From positions 188,110,001-188,174,000 of the forward strand of contig NC_086097.1 of NCBI RefSeq assembly GCF_963921235.1: 64,000 nucleotides of DNA, read 5' to 3'. The notes beneath the pieces are model-generated. The model was not told the DNA's origin. It ran no database searches and was given only the letters and a program-made list of their open reading frames with translations. The translations under genes were made by a program, and so were the position numbers. Positions 49,519-63,195 of this stretch are shown in pieces. Numbering within the stretch: position 1 is the first letter of the stretch; each line of letters opens with the position of its first letter. This DNA comes from Mobula hypostoma (taxonomy: Eukaryota).

Positions 49519-52255
49519 ACATAGTCATAGTCATACTTTATTGATCCCGGGGGAATTTGGTTTTCATTACAGTTGTACCATAAATAATAAATATTAATAG
49601 AAATAGTAATAGTAATATCACTATTGGTAAATAGTAATAGTCATAGAAATAATAGTAATAGAATAGTAATAGAAAATAGTAATAAATAGTTAAGTAGTAA
49701 TATGTAAATTATGCCAGTAAATTATAGGACCATCCTATTGGCTCAGGGTGTCTGACCCTCCAAGGGAGGAGTTGTAAAGTTTGATGGCCATAGGCAGGAA
49801 TGACTTCCTATGACGCTCTATGCTGCATCTCGGTGGAATGAGTCTCTGGCTGAATGTACTCCTGTGCCCACCCAGTACATTATGTAGTGGATGGGAGACA
49901 TTGACCAAGATGGCATGCAACTTAGACAGCATCCTCTTTTCAGACAGCACCATGAGAGAGTCCAGTTCCATCCCCACAACATCACTAGCCTTAAGGATGA
50001 GTTTGTTGATTCTGTTGGTGTCTGCTACCCTCAGCCTGCTGCCCCAGCACACAACAGCAAACATGATAGCACTGGCCACCACAGACTCGTAGGACATCCT
50101 CAGCATCGTCCAGCAGATGTTAAAGGACCTCAGTCTCCTCAGGAACTAGAGACGGCTCTGACCCTTCTTGTAGACAGCTTCAGTGTTCTTAGACCAGTCC
50201 AGTTTATTGTCAATTCATATCCCCAGGTATTTGTAATCCTCCACCATGTCCACACTGACCCCCTGGATGGAAACAGGGGTCACCGGTACCTTAGGTCTAC
50301 CACCAGCTCCTTAGTCTTTTTCACATTAAGCTGCAGATAATTCTGCTCACACCATGTGACAAAGTTTCCTACCGTAGCCCTGTACTCAACCTCATCTCCC
50401 TTGCTGATGCATCCAACTATGGCAAGAGTCATCCGAAAACTTCTGAAGATGACAAGACTCTGTGCAGTAGTTGAAGTCCGATGTGTAGATGGGGAAGAGA
50501 AGGGAGACAAGACAGTCCCCTGTGGAGCCCCAGTGCTGCTGATCACTCTGTCAGACACACAGTGTTGCAAGCACACGTACTGTGGTCTACCAGTCAGGTA
50601 ATCAAGAATCCATGATACCAGGGAAGCATCCACCTGCATCGCTGTCAGCTTCTCCCCCAGCAGAGCAGGGCGGATGGTGTTGAACGCACTGAAGAAGTCA
50701 AAAAACATGACCCTCACAGTGCTCGCTGGCTTGTCCAGGTGGACGTAGACACGGTTCAGCAGGTAGACGATGGCATCCTCAACTCCTAGTCAGGGCTGGT
50801 AGGCGAACTGGAGGGGATCTAAGTGTGGCCTGACCATAGGCCAGAGCAGCTCCAAAACAAGTCTCTCCAGGGTCTTCATGATGTGGGAGGTCAATGCCAC
50901 CAGTCTGTAGTCATTGAGGCCGCTGGGGCGTGGCGTCTTCGGCACAGGGACGAGGCAGGACGACTTCCACAGTACAGGAACCCTCCGGAGCCTCAGGCTC
51001 ATGTTGAATACATGGCGAAGTACTCCACATAGCTGAGGGGCACAGGCTTTGAGCACCCTGGTACTGACACCATCCGGTCCTGCAGCCTTGCTTGGGTTGA
51101 GACGTTTCAGCTGTCTTCTCACCTGGTCAGCTGTGAAGCCCACTGTGGTGGTTTCGTGTGGGGAAGGGGTATAGTCATGAGAGCAGGGTGGGGGACTGTG
51201 AGGAGGGGTAGGAGGGGAGAGTGGAATATGTGTTGGTTGAGGGCCGACAACAGCTGGCTCATGTGGGGGATGGGCAGGGGCCACAATGTCAAATCTGTTA
51301 AAGAACAGGTTAAGTTCGTTGGCCCTGTCCACACTGCCTTCAGCTCCTCTGTTGCTAGTTTGCCAAAACCCAGTGATGGTCCTCATCCCCCTCCAGACCT
51401 CTCTCATGTTGTTCTGCTGGAGTTTCCACTCAAGCTTCCTCCTGTACCTGTCTTTAGCCTCCCTGATCCTGACTTTCAGGTCCCTCTGTATTGCCCTCAG
51501 CTCCTCCCTATTTCCATTTCTAAACGCCCTCTTTTTAGCATTCAGGATGTCCTTAATGTCCTTTGTCACCCATGGCTTGTTATTTGAATAACAAAGGACA
51601 GTTCTTGTCGGAACACTGCAGTTCACACAGAAGTTGATGTAATCAGTGATGCATTCTGTGAGCCCATCAATATCCTCTCCATGTGGCTCACAGAGTGCCT
51701 GCCAGTTTGTCACCTCAAAACAACCCTGGAGTGCCTCATAAGCCTCCTCTGACTATTTCCTCACTGTCCTCGAGGTTGCAGGTTTACTCTTCACCAGAGG
51801 CACGTAGCAGGGTTTTAGATGATCATTTAGATGATCAGGGTTTTAGTTGTGATCTGACCTTCCTAGTGGGGGGAAAGGAGAGTTGCTGTATGCATCCTTA
51901 ATGTTAGCGTACATCAAATCCAGAGTCCTCTCGCCTCTGGTTGTACAGCTCACATACTGCGTGAAGTTGGACAGTGTTCTAGCCATGGTAACCTGGTTGA
52001 AGTCACCCGAGATGGTAATGAGGGTACTCCGGTGCTGGGTTTGTAATCTGGCTATGACGGTGTAAATGATGTTACACGCCGACGTCAGGTTGGCAGAGGG
52101 AGGGACAACCACAATTGCATGTGAGGTTTCCCTTGGCAAATAATATGGCCGGAGTCCAACAGCAAAAGTTCAATATCCAGGCTACAGACACGTTCCTTGA
52201 ACATAATATGCCCAGGATTGCACCATCTGTTATTTACCAGAACCGCCAGCCCCAT
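49519..52255 (-). mobile_element. Rex1/Babar LINE, 5'-truncated, disrupted
   Basis: SGDFNQ, LGRSDHN, NNKPW, KAAGPDG, DPLQFAYQ, MFFDFFSAFNTI, GAPQGTVLSP; AATAAA plus (gactat)n tail; aatagt-rich simple repeat at 49590-49700. Confidence 0.92.
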
Positions 52256-53580
52256 AAATGCAGTCAGTGGTTTCCTAAGCTGATGAAAAGCTGATATGAT
52301 TTACAAACCTTAGTGCCCAAGTTTCTGCTACCTCACTAAAATCAAAGTGGAATGCAAATTGAGAAATATGGTACAGATCTGCTCATGCTGCTTTGAATGA
52401 CCCTATGGCAGGAAAGTTGACAGTCAAGATGACTGCAATCCTGATAGCAAAAAAGGTATTTGAATGATAATATGACATCAAGTTCTTGCTGAAGCAGTAC
52501 TCTTATTTCTGTCAGGCCTGGCTTTGAAAACCTCACCCAGTGAAAGTTATAGATAGGAAACTATATTCCTAAAGATTCTCTGGGAATATGATCTTCTGTG
52601 ATGAACACTGTTGTGCATTCTGGGAGAATATTCCCAATACAAGTGGTTTAACCGATGGTCGCAATATTGATTTTTCTGTTAATAGTTAGCATGCATTGAT
52701 GTGACCGCTGAGGTTCCCTGTTGTTATACAATCAAATGGATTGCTTTCACTCACTGTGGAGTGCAGAGTTGATGAGCATTGGAAGGTGCTTCAGTGGCCT
52801 AGTCTGATATCTGAAAACAATCAACCACATATCCAGATATCTACCTATGACTCACAAAAAGTGTTAAAAATGGTTCAGCTGTAATGCAAAGGTCAGTAAC
52901 TGCAAAAAAAAAAGCTAATTTATGAGTGAAGACATAAATGGTAGTGACACATAGTGATAATCTCATCAGTTGTATAGGTCATGAACAAAAATAATTTTCT
53001 GTGCAAGGGCAAATAGCACATGCAGGTATCCAGCTTGAATTTGCAATGGGTTCTTGTTCTAATGATATTTACCTCAATCTCTTAAATTCATGCATCAAGT
53101 GTTCATATGTTCTGCTTACATCTGAACAGCAGGTACAGAGCACTCAAGTGTAAAACACCTCGTGTGTTATTTGCACAAAACAAAATGGATGCTAACAGGT
53201 CCAAGTTTTAGACAATAATGTACAACATAGGAATAATATAATATAGTTTGTTATGCACCTATACCTCTAAGCCACGATGTTACTTTTGACAAAGCTCATA
53301 GACAAAACATGTAAGAAGACAATGATCAGCAAGTTTCTAACACACTGCAAATAACTGACATTACCGCGTCATAGCTGATTTACATTGTTATAAGTGAAAT
53401 TGCAAATTTAATTATACCTTGAACTATTTTCTCATTTCAGCAGTTCTAAAATCATTGGAAAAAGAGGCCTGAAGGCCCCAAGTAATATTAGGAGATAGCA
53501 CTAATCTGTATTACTTCTATTTTTTTAAAATGATAAAATCATCTTTTTGTCGCTGCTTATTACATTTTTACATTTCTCAC

Positions 53581-53688
53581 CTTGCTAATTCAGGAATCTT
53601 GGGTAACACAGCTTTTGGTTGAATAAATATATTTCTATATTGCTGTAGGAATTCCTTGTGAGCTTCAGGTGTACTTCTGGAGTTATCC
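53581..53688 (-). CDS. cnbd1: Coding exon of CNBD1-like gene: DNSRSTPEAHKEFLQQYRNIFIQPKAVLPKIPELA
   Basis: Acceptor ttttatgcatttttag, donor gtgaga; 108 nt, phase 2/2; joins the upstream exon as AG|G. AHKEFLQQYRNIF..PK..LPKI resembles AHDTFMKQYPKVF..KPRLPKL of CNBD1 (from memory). Confidence 0.82.
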
Positions 53689-53889
53689 CTAAAAATGCAT
53701 AAAACACTGGTTTATTTGGAAGTTTCATTAATTCTATCAAAAACAAATAAAACAGACCAATTTTCAAATCAGTAAACAAGTAAAACAATCTTGCTAAAGT
53801 ATCAGTGATGTATTGTAAAGGAATTAAAAGAAAACAAGACACTACCATGTTGTGAAACACAACAAATTAACAACTTTGACTTAAAAAAA

Positions 53890-54540
53890 ACAAAGTAGAC
53901 ACAAGAGAGAGTGAGGCAAAAAGCAAACTCCTGGAGGAATTCACTGGGTCAAGCAGCATCTATGGAAAAGGTTTTTGTTTCCTGAATCACCGTCCCTATG
54001 TGATTATAGTAGCTGCTGCCTCTTGTGTCTCCACTTACCACATTCCAGCCTCTGATTCCACCTCCAACCCAGCACCCCCAAACCTGGCTCCATCTGTTTT
54101 TAAACATAGCAAATTCTGCAAATGCTGGAAATATTGATGCAGCCCAAAACATCAACTATTTATTCCCCTTTATGGATGCTGTCTAACTTGCCGAGTTCCT
54201 CAAATATATTGTGTGAATTGCTTTCCATGTTCTTTTTTCCAATCTCTCAATCTGTCATTAACTATCACCCACCAGCTACCAACTTCCCAAATCTATTCCA
54301 TCCTCTCCACCACCTAGCCCCATCTCCCTTCTCACCTGGTTCCATCTATCTCTTGCTGTTCACTACCACACCCCACCCTCTCACCTCCTTATATGGTTAT
54401 CTCGCCTCTCACCTCCCAGTTCAGATAGAGGGCTGTCACCTGAAACATTGACTATTCCTCTGCTTTCACAAATTCTGTTTGAGCTTCTCCAGCAGTTTTG
54501 TTTTGCTCAGATTACATCTGTGGTCTCTTGTGTCTCCACT
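53890..54540. mobile_element. Old Penelope pseudo-LTR relics in mixed orientation, with a decayed HHR
   Basis: ctggaggaattcactgggtcaagcagcatctatgg; pyrimidine-rich tract; cagatagagggctgtcacctgaaacattgact at about 54422-54453. Confidence 0.6.
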
Positions 54541-54565
54541 CACTGAAAGACGTTATATCACTATA

Positions 54566-56211
54566 CAGGTTTCCCCCGCCATCCGAAGGTAGAGCGTTCC
54601 TATGAAACGGTTCGTAAGCCGGAATGTCGTAACGCGAAGAAGCAATTACCATTTATTTATATGGGAAAAATCTGTGAGCGTTCGCAGACCCAAAAATAAC
54701 CTACCAAATCATGCCAAATAACACATAAGACCTAAAATAACAGTAACATATAGTAAAAGCAGGAATGATATGATAAATACACAGCCTATATAAATTAGAA
54801 ATACTTCTTTACGACGATTGCCTGCACTGTTCTCCGTAGCGAAAATCTTACGCAAGCACTCTTGGCAGAAACACGGCGCAAGCACCATCGGCAGAAAATC
54901 TCACGCAAGCGCTCTCCAGTAACCTTTAAGCTATGAAGCTGCCAAATCATACCAAATAACATGTAAAAATACACAGCCGATATAAAGTAGAAATAATGTA
55001 TGTACAGTGTAGTATCACTTACCGAAATTGGGACAGCGCCAAGCACACTGATGATGGTGTGTTAGGCTGAGTCGTCAGAGGTTGGGGAGGTGCAGTGGCC
55101 CCCACTCTCCGGGCAGCGACCCGATACATTGCCGCGAAGCATGCAGGGGTACAGCGTGGCCGGGATGCATCCAGCACATCTTTAAGAAAAAAGCCGAAAT
55201 AAACAAGCTAATTAATTAGGTGCTGCCCAGCACGTAAATGTCGGCCCAGATCAGAGGGGATGCAATTGGCAATCGCCTCTGATCTGGACCGACATTTACA
55301 TGCTGGGCAACACCTAATTAATTAGCTTATTTATTTCAGCTTTTTTCTTAAAGACGTGCTGGGTGCCTCCTGGCTACTGCTGCATTCTCCGCGAATCGGT
55401 ATCTGTCGGCGGCCCGGGGGTTGGGACCACTGGGGTGTCATCTCATCGTCGATCAGGGCAGGCAGGTCATCTTCTTCTATGTCTGCCCGCCTCAATGTCG
55501 AAGGTCGAGATTCATTGTCTGCTATGGCTGATGCGGAAGGCTTGAAAAACGACATTATGCCTGACTGCTAGCCTCACACATTTTTCTATCTAACAGTTCT
55601 TTGTAAACCATCTTGCAAATATGCCCTAAACTGATATACCCTTTCAAAATTAAAGTCATACTTTATCATTGCAGCGAAAATCTCACGCAATTGCTTCACG
55701 TTCAGTTCCTGGATGACTTCACTTTCGCTACTGCATTCGATTTTGATTGTTATCCTTTCCTCTTCCAATTTCATCAGCTCTTCATCTATCAGTTCTTGGT
55801 CATGGGATGCCAAAACCTCTTCAACATCATCTTCGTCAACTTCCACAAGCCAAACTCACTTTGTCCTTACTTCGTTCATCACGATTGAAAAGCTTAATTA
55901 TGTCTAGTTTTACGCTAAGTGTAACACCCTTGCGAGCTCTTTCAGGCTTTTCCGAAACCTTAGAACTCATCTTGCAAACAGCTGCTCACAGGCTCATGTT
56001 TAAGCAATGCCGGCGAGAATGCAGTTCCAAATCCGGCAGAGAGCCGCTGCTCGGGGCACATGCTGATTTTTTATCGCGCGCTGTTTTTTTGGCGCGCTGC
56101 TTTTTTCGTAACAGTGAAAACACCTTCTGTTAGCAAAAACAGGGAACTAATGTAGGTCTTTCGTAACAGTGAGGTCTCGTAAAGTGAACGTTCAAGAAGC
56201 AGGGACACCTG
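54566..56211 (-). mobile_element. Tigger/pogo non-autonomous element with a transposase C-terminal remnant
   Basis: TA TSD; TIRs caggtttcccccgc / gcagggacacctg; EVDEDDVEEVLASHDQELIDEELMKLEE is typical of Tigger1-like C-termini. Confidence 0.88.
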
Positions 56212-56277
56212 TAGACATACACTTCCTCTCACATTTCTGGTGAAATCTGTTTCATTTTAGTTATTTATTAATGTCTA

Positions 56278-58068
56278 CAAGACAATCAGATATAGGAGCA
56301 GAGTTAGACCATTTAGCCCATCATGTCTGTTCCACCATTCCATCATAGATGAATTACTATCCTTCTCAAATCCATTTTCCTGGCTTCTTCTTGTGACCTT
56401 TTACACCCTGGATAATCAAGAAACTACCAACCTCCACTTTAAATATACTTTATGACTTGGTCTCCACAGCCATCCGTGGCAATGAATTCCACAGATTCAC
56501 CACCCTCCGGCAAAAGAAATTACTCATCATCTCAATTCTAAATTAACAACCATCTATCCTGAGGCTGAGTCATCTGGTCCTACACTCACCCACTATAAGA
56601 AACTTACACTGGACACCAATTCTGTCTAGGCCTTTCAATATTCAAAAGGTTGCAATAAGATTCCCCCATCATTCTTCTAAATTCCAGTGAGTTTGAGGCC
56701 AGAGCCATCAAACACTCCTCGTACATTAACCCTTTCATCCCCAGAATCATTCTCATGTACCTCCTCTGGACCTCCCCATTGCCAGCACATCTTTTCTTAC
56801 ATAAGATGCCCAAAACTGCTCCCAATACTCCATATGCATTATAAAGTCTCAACATGACAACCATGCTCTTATATTCTAGTCCTCTCAAAGTGAATGCAAA
56901 CTTTGTATTTCCATTCCTTACCACTGATTCAACCTGTAAATTAACCTTTAGGAAATTATGCACAAAGTCTTCCAAGTCCTTTTGTACCTCTGATTTTTGA
57001 ATTTTCTCCCCACTTAGAAAATAGTCTATGCCTTTATTCCTTCCACAAAAGTACATGATCATACACTTCCCTGCAGTATGTTCCATCTTAACCCATTCTC
57101 CCAATCTGTCCAAGCCATTCTTCAGACTCCCTGCAACCTCAGCACTACCTGCTTCTCCATCTATCTTTGTACTGCCTGCAAACTTGGCCACATAGCTATT
57201 AATTCCGTTATCCCAATAATTGACATATAATGTGAAAAGAAGCAGTCTCAACACCGAATCATGCGGAAAGACACTAATCACCAACAGAACAACCAGAAAA
57301 GGCCATTGCCCCCTACCAGTTTGCCAATCCATGTTAGACATACCAGGTAGATTAATTGGTCACTGTAAATTCTCCTGTGATTAGGTTAGGGTCAAAAGGG
57401 TTTGGCACAGGTTTGCCTCAGAGCCAGAGAGGCCTACTGAACACTGTATCGTTAAATAAATATAAAAAAAACACCGACCCCGGGGGAACCACTTGTCACC
57501 AGCAGACAATATGAAAAGGCCACTCTTTGCCTCCTGGCAGTCAGCCAATCTTCTATCTATGCTAGCATCTTTTCTGTAATACCATGGCTCTTATCTTGTT
57601 AAGCAGCCTTATGTGCAGTACTCTGTCACCGGCCTTCTGAAAATCCAAGCATACAATATCCAGACACTCCTTTGCCTATCCTACCTGTTATTTTTTCAAA
57701 GAATTCCAAAAGACTTGTCAAGCAAAATTACTCCTTATGGAAATCATGCCAACTTTAGCGGATTTTATCGTGTGTCTCCAAGTACCCCAAAACCTCAGCC
57801 TTAATAATCAACTCCAACATCTTCCCAACCACTGAAATCAGACTAACTGGCCTATAATTCTCTTTCTTCTGCCTCCCTCCCTTCTTAAAGAGTGGAGTGG
57901 CATTTGCAATTTTCCAGTCTTCTGGAACCATTCCAGAACCTAGTGATCCTGGAAACATAATTACTAATACCTCCATAATCTCTTCAGCTACCCTTCCAGA
58001 ACCCTGCAGTGTACTCCATCTGGTCCAAGTGACTTATCTATCTTCAGACCTTTCCATTTTCCAAGGAT
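56278..58068 (-). mobile_element. Old CR1 fragment with an embedded V-SINE tail (about 57335-57470)
   Basis: Degenerate RT ORFs 56604-57341 and 57755-57976; ggtagattaattggtcactgtaaatt..actgtatcgttaaataaa. Confidence 0.8.
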
Positions 58069-58279
58069 CCTCTCGAGTGGTGGGGTGGAGATACATCTCT
58101 CTAAAGAGGTGCAAGGCACTCCTTCCCTCTGCTAGCCTGCAAGTCATCCTTAGGCAAGGGAAAGCTTAGCCCCCCCACTCCCCCACTGATCACGATCACA
58201 TGAAGCCACGAAAGCAGGTAGTGGATGGTCACGAGTAGCTGTTGCATATAACCTGAGATCAAAGTACGTAATCTGTATT

Positions 58280-58471
58280 TCAGAATCAGATTTCATTTCA
58301 CGAGCATATGTCATGAATTTTTTTGTTTTACAGCAGCAGTTCATTGCAGTACCTTATAAAAAAAACTATAAATAAAAATATATATATTTGCACCTATATA
58401 AATATATATAGGTGTGTGTATATATATAGATATATATATATATACACATACACACACATATACATACACAG

Positions 58472-58503
<32 letters not shown>

Positions 58504-60050
58504 ATACATACACAGACATATATGAAAAAATACCTACTATAAAAAGAGAGGAATTGTGGTGTTGTGGTGTAGACCTGTTGTGGTGATAGGGAAATTGCAG
58601 TGGGTCCAGGTCCTTGCTTAGGCAAGAGCTGGTTCTAGCCAAAAACAACTCCTCAAAATTCTTCATCACTGTAGATGTGAGTGCTACTGGATGACAGTCA
58701 TTAAGGCAGCTCACCCTGCTCTTCTTGGGCACTGGTGAAGCAGGTAGGAACTTCTGACTGTAGTGATGAGAGATTGCAAAATGTCTTTGAACACACTCAC
58801 CAGTTGGTTGGTACAGGCTTTCAGAGCCCTCCCAGGTACACCATTTCAGTTTGATGCTTTGCAAGGGTTCACCCTCTTGTAAGATGTTCTGATGTCAGCC
58901 TCTGAGACAGAGATGACAGGGTCACCTGAGGCTGCAGATATCCTCATAGCTCCCTTTAGGAGTTTTTTGTAAAAGGTGGTGAACTCATCTGAGAGTGAAG
59001 CACCATGGTCATTCATGTCGTTAGGCTTCACTTTGAAGCATGGTCTGCAAATCCTGTCAGAATTAACGTGCAAACAATTCTACCCCTAATATCAATCGGA
59101 ATTGTTGTTTTGCTCTTAAGATAGCCCTCCGCAAGTCATACCTGGCCTTCTTGTACAGTCTTGTATCACCTGACTTGAATGCTTGAGATCCAGCCCTCAG
59201 CAGACTACGAATCTCCTGGTTCATCCACTGCTATTGATTCAGGTATGTACGTTACGTTCTCATAGCACTCAGTCATCCACAAAGGTTTTAATGAAGTCAC
59301 TGACACCTGTGGCATATTCAATAAGACTCAGAAATTAATCCCAAAAACTCTGCAGGCGATCCTCCACCTCCATTGCCCATACTTTCTTGTCCTCCCTACT
59401 GGTGCTGCAGTCTTCAGTCTCTGCCTACACTCAGGGAGCCTTCTGTAGGTTGTACCTAGACTTCTTGTATAACTCTGAATCACTGGTCTTGAATGCCACA
59501 GATCCAGCCCTCAGCAGACAATGAATATCCTCGTTCATCCACCACTTTTGGTTTAAGTATCTCCGGTATGGTTCACGAAGGTGCAAACTCATCCACACAG
59601 ACCTTGATGAAGTCAGTGACAACTGTGGCATATTCATTCAGAGTTGAAGATGAATTGCTGAATATTGTCCAGTCCACTGACTTAAACCAGTCTTGTAAGC
59701 TCTCATCCACCTCGCTGGATCATACCTTCTTGGTCCTCATCACTAGTGCTGTGGTCATCAGACTCTGCCTATACACTGGGAATAGAAGTACAGCCAGGGA
59801 CTGGATTTTCCAAAGTATGTGTGTGGGATGGCACAGTAAGTGTTCTTGATGGTGGTACAACAGTGTGTTGGCTCCTCTGGTTTCACAGGAGAAATGCTGG
59901 TGTTTGTTGTTCACAGACTTCTTTGAGCTGGACTGGTTGAAATCCCCCACAATAAAAGGGTGAACTGTTTTGTGCCTGCTGATAACCAAGCATTGCTCCT
60001 CTGGTGCCTGCCTGACATTGGCCTGAGATGGAATGTACATCGCATCCAGG
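58280..60050 (-). mobile_element. Old Rex1-like LINE fragments
   Basis: PVPKK..LNDCHPVALTSTVMK..LDPLQF; VGDFNQ; a segment is duplicated at about 59130-59400 and 59440-59760. Confidence 0.75.
58378..58522. repeat. Compound (TA)n/(CA)n microsatellite
   Basis: tatatata..cacacacacacaca..tatacata. Confidence 0.9.
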
Positions 60051-60079
60051 ATGATGGTGGGAAAACTCCCTCAACAGAT

Positions 60080-61003
60080 AAAATGGATAACACAACAGTG
60101 GTTGGCCTCATCAACAATGATGATGAGTCTGAATACAGAGAGGAAGTGATGCGGCTAGTGGACTGGTGTGAGAATAACAACCCAAGTCTGAACATGGAGA
60201 CCAAGGAAATTATTGTTGACTTTAGGAAGCTGCAAATTAGCCACCTCACTCTACACATAAATGGCTTCTCTACAAGTGCACCAAGTTCCTGGGAGTTCAC
60301 AACATGGACGACTTCACCTGGTTCCTTAATATCTCCTCCCTGAATAAGAAGCGCCTCCACTTCTTCAGGAGATTGAGCCCAGCAAGATGGCAGGGGTTGG
60401 GGGTGGGGGGTGGGGGGAAGCACCTTAGCTGAATTTTACAGAAACATTATTGAGAGTATCCTGACAAGTTGCATCTCCATCTGGTATGGGCGCAGCAGAG
60501 CATTGGACTGGAAGTTCCTTCAAAGGACACGAAAATAACCAAGAGAATCACAGAAGTCTCCTTACCACCTACTGGGGATGTTTATCAGGAGCACGGCATA
60601 TGCAGGGTCCTTAGTGTTATCAAGGATCCCACCCATGCATCCAGTATCCTCTTTGACTTTCTACCATCAGGCAAGAAACTCCGATGCATAAAGACAAGAA
60701 CAGTTAAGATGAGAAACAGCTTCTTCGCTCAAGCCATTTAGGATTCTGAACTTCTTTCTGCATCAGCATTCAAAGTATCTTCTGATAATTTGCACTGTAC
60801 CCTACAATATTTAATTTATGCACTTTGCTTTGCTAATCTATGCATAATCCAGTTGTAGATTTAATTCTTACTTTCCTAGGTTATTATGTGTCATATATGT
60901 GTTATATGTACTACTGTGCTTACACCCTGGTCCAGAGAAATAATATCTCATTTGGCGGTATATATGTATATGGTTAAATAACAAAAAAATTGACTTGATA
61001 TTT
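60080..61003 (+). mobile_element. Old Rex1-like LINE 3' fragment, opposite in orientation to its neighbour
   Basis: DNTTVVGLINNDDESEYREEV..WCENN..TKEIIVDFRK; DPTH..FDFLPSGK..NSFF; tail ttgacttga. Confidence 0.8.
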
Positions 61004-63122
61004 GACCACCATATATTCCAGGTAGGGTTTGCAGGACTGAGACAGAACCACCACATCTATGCACCACAATGAATTAATCATAAAGCATATGCTACCTCCT
61101 CTGCCTTTAAAAGGCGGAGTTGTTCAGTCATTGTGGAGAATGGTGAAGTTATCAAGCTGCAGCACTGCATCCAAAATGGCAGCATTAGCCATGTTTCTGT
61201 GAAGCAAAGTACACAACAGTCCCTGATGTCCCTCCTGTATAGCAACCTTGCTATGTCTTAATTCTCCCCAGCCCCCCTCCCCCGAGACTGTACATTCATC
61301 AGCAGGATAGTCAGAGCTCAGGTCTTAAGTCTCTGCTTTTCAATTGTATTTGTACCTTCAGCACCTCCATTTTCTCAAAGGGGGATGCACTCACGACCCG
61401 AGTCTGAAGTCCTGAATCTGTCGATTTTAAGTATTGGTAGAGTTTTTAAGCTTCTTAATAAATGATGTTGCTTACTGAAGTGCCTACTGTCATGACTGTG
61501 GATCTCAGCTGTAGTAGTCCTGAATGGGAATCATCAAATACTCCCATCAAAGCTTCACTAAAAGAGCAGCTTATCGGCGCCATCTTCAGAACATTTTACA
61601 CATTCAAATTAAATTAAAAGATGCCTATTTATAAATAAGATTTTCATTGTGGAGGGATAACTCTGAATCACAGGAAACGTATACAAATAAGTATCGTTAA
61701 TGCAACAAAACAATGCATTTCACAAAAGTGTTATAAAACAAAGTTTGGTACTAAATCACATTGGAAAATGTAACAAGCAGATCGAGTACTTGGACAAATA
61801 GAGGTTTTAAAGAGTACCAGAAAATTTAGTGCAGCTGATAACACAACATCCAGTTTGGGGGGGGGGGGGGTGCAAGCTAAAATAAGCTTAAAAGCTAAGA
61901 GATATGGTTGCACAGCTGGAACTAACAGAAAAGGATGCACTGAAGGATTTGAAAATGAGAATAAAAAGATGCATGAGCTAAGACGGCTGGGTAAATAGGA
62001 AAAGATTTAATTTGGAATAATGTTATGAAATTTTAGGTGGCCTCAAATTTATCATGATTGAAAGAAGTCTGGAGTAGTGGAGCATCTTTGAGATTAGAAG
62101 TAGAATGGAACAGTCTAATAAAGAGGAAACAAAAACATAGATGGAAAATGTCAAGAGCATCAGTACATCATTCCAGGACACCATAATTCAGATTTAAGTA
62201 GATCAGCTTAGTTACATATTCTAGTGGCTCAAATAGTCAGTGTTTTAATCTCATTTAGAATGCCATCAGTTTACGTACTAATGGCAGTTAACTCAAAAAA
62301 ATAAACTTGCCTATAACTTAGGAAAGGCACAAACATTTGTGTGCTACAAATCAAAATTCTATTAAAAACAAAATACAAATGAAAATTGGCAACTTATAAT
62401 GTGGTTCATAAAATACTTGATTGCAATTCCAACCTTCTCTGAGTAAAAAATATAATACACAAAAGATCCCAAATTTGCAAAGAACCATCTATCAAAATGC
62501 AACACGTCGAGATATTACTTCTGAGATTTTTTTCAACCTCATTTAAACAGCCACACAAGTCCAAAGGCCATACCTACAAAAGCAGAGTGTCCACTTTAAG
62601 TAAGTTCCAGGCAAGCTCTCAGAACACAAACTGGTGAATCCTCTTTAAGGTATTTATTTATTTTACTCTTTTGACCCTGTCTTCATCAATATAGTGGCAC
62701 AATATTTCATTATCCAAGTCCAACAAACTCATAAAACACCGACTGAACAATCTCATCTACAAACCATCTAATCATACCACCATCTATCCACTGTGCAAAG
62801 GAAAGATCTTCATCCATACAAGGGAAATCGAGTAGCACTCAATACCTTGAGAGCTATAGAATTTCCAAACAGTATTCTCATTACCAAAATGGTTGTTGGC
62901 TGTTATCAATGACATTTGACATCTCAGCAGGAACCAAGGAACTTGATAGTTAATATAGTGTTTGAAGAAAGGCAAGCAGTGTTCTGTGGAAGCATACTTG
63001 TCTAGTTACCCAGATCAACATTCAGAAACATTCAAAATCATTCTGATAACTGCTATACTTTCCTATGAAGATCTTTAGCAGCGCACAAAATAGAATCAAT
63101 TCAATACTACTACATTGAATAC

Positions 63123-63195
63123 CTGTTCTGTAGACCACTGATGTTGCATAATTTCCGCAAATTATCATAATCTATTCCTGAAAAATAGTTCATTC
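63123..63195 (-). CDS. cnbd1: Coding exon of a CNBD1-like host gene: (G)MNYFSGIDYDNLRKLCNISGLQN(R)
   Basis: Acceptor ttttttttccttttcag and donor gtattc; 73 nt, phase 1 in / phase 2 out. IDYDNLRKLCNISG resembles the INYGQLNALCHIRG segment of human CNBD1 as I recall it; needs BLAST confirmation. Confidence 0.8.

Noticed and set aside
54420..54455. Functional hammerhead
   Set aside because: The CUGANGA box has decayed (cagatag); relic only.
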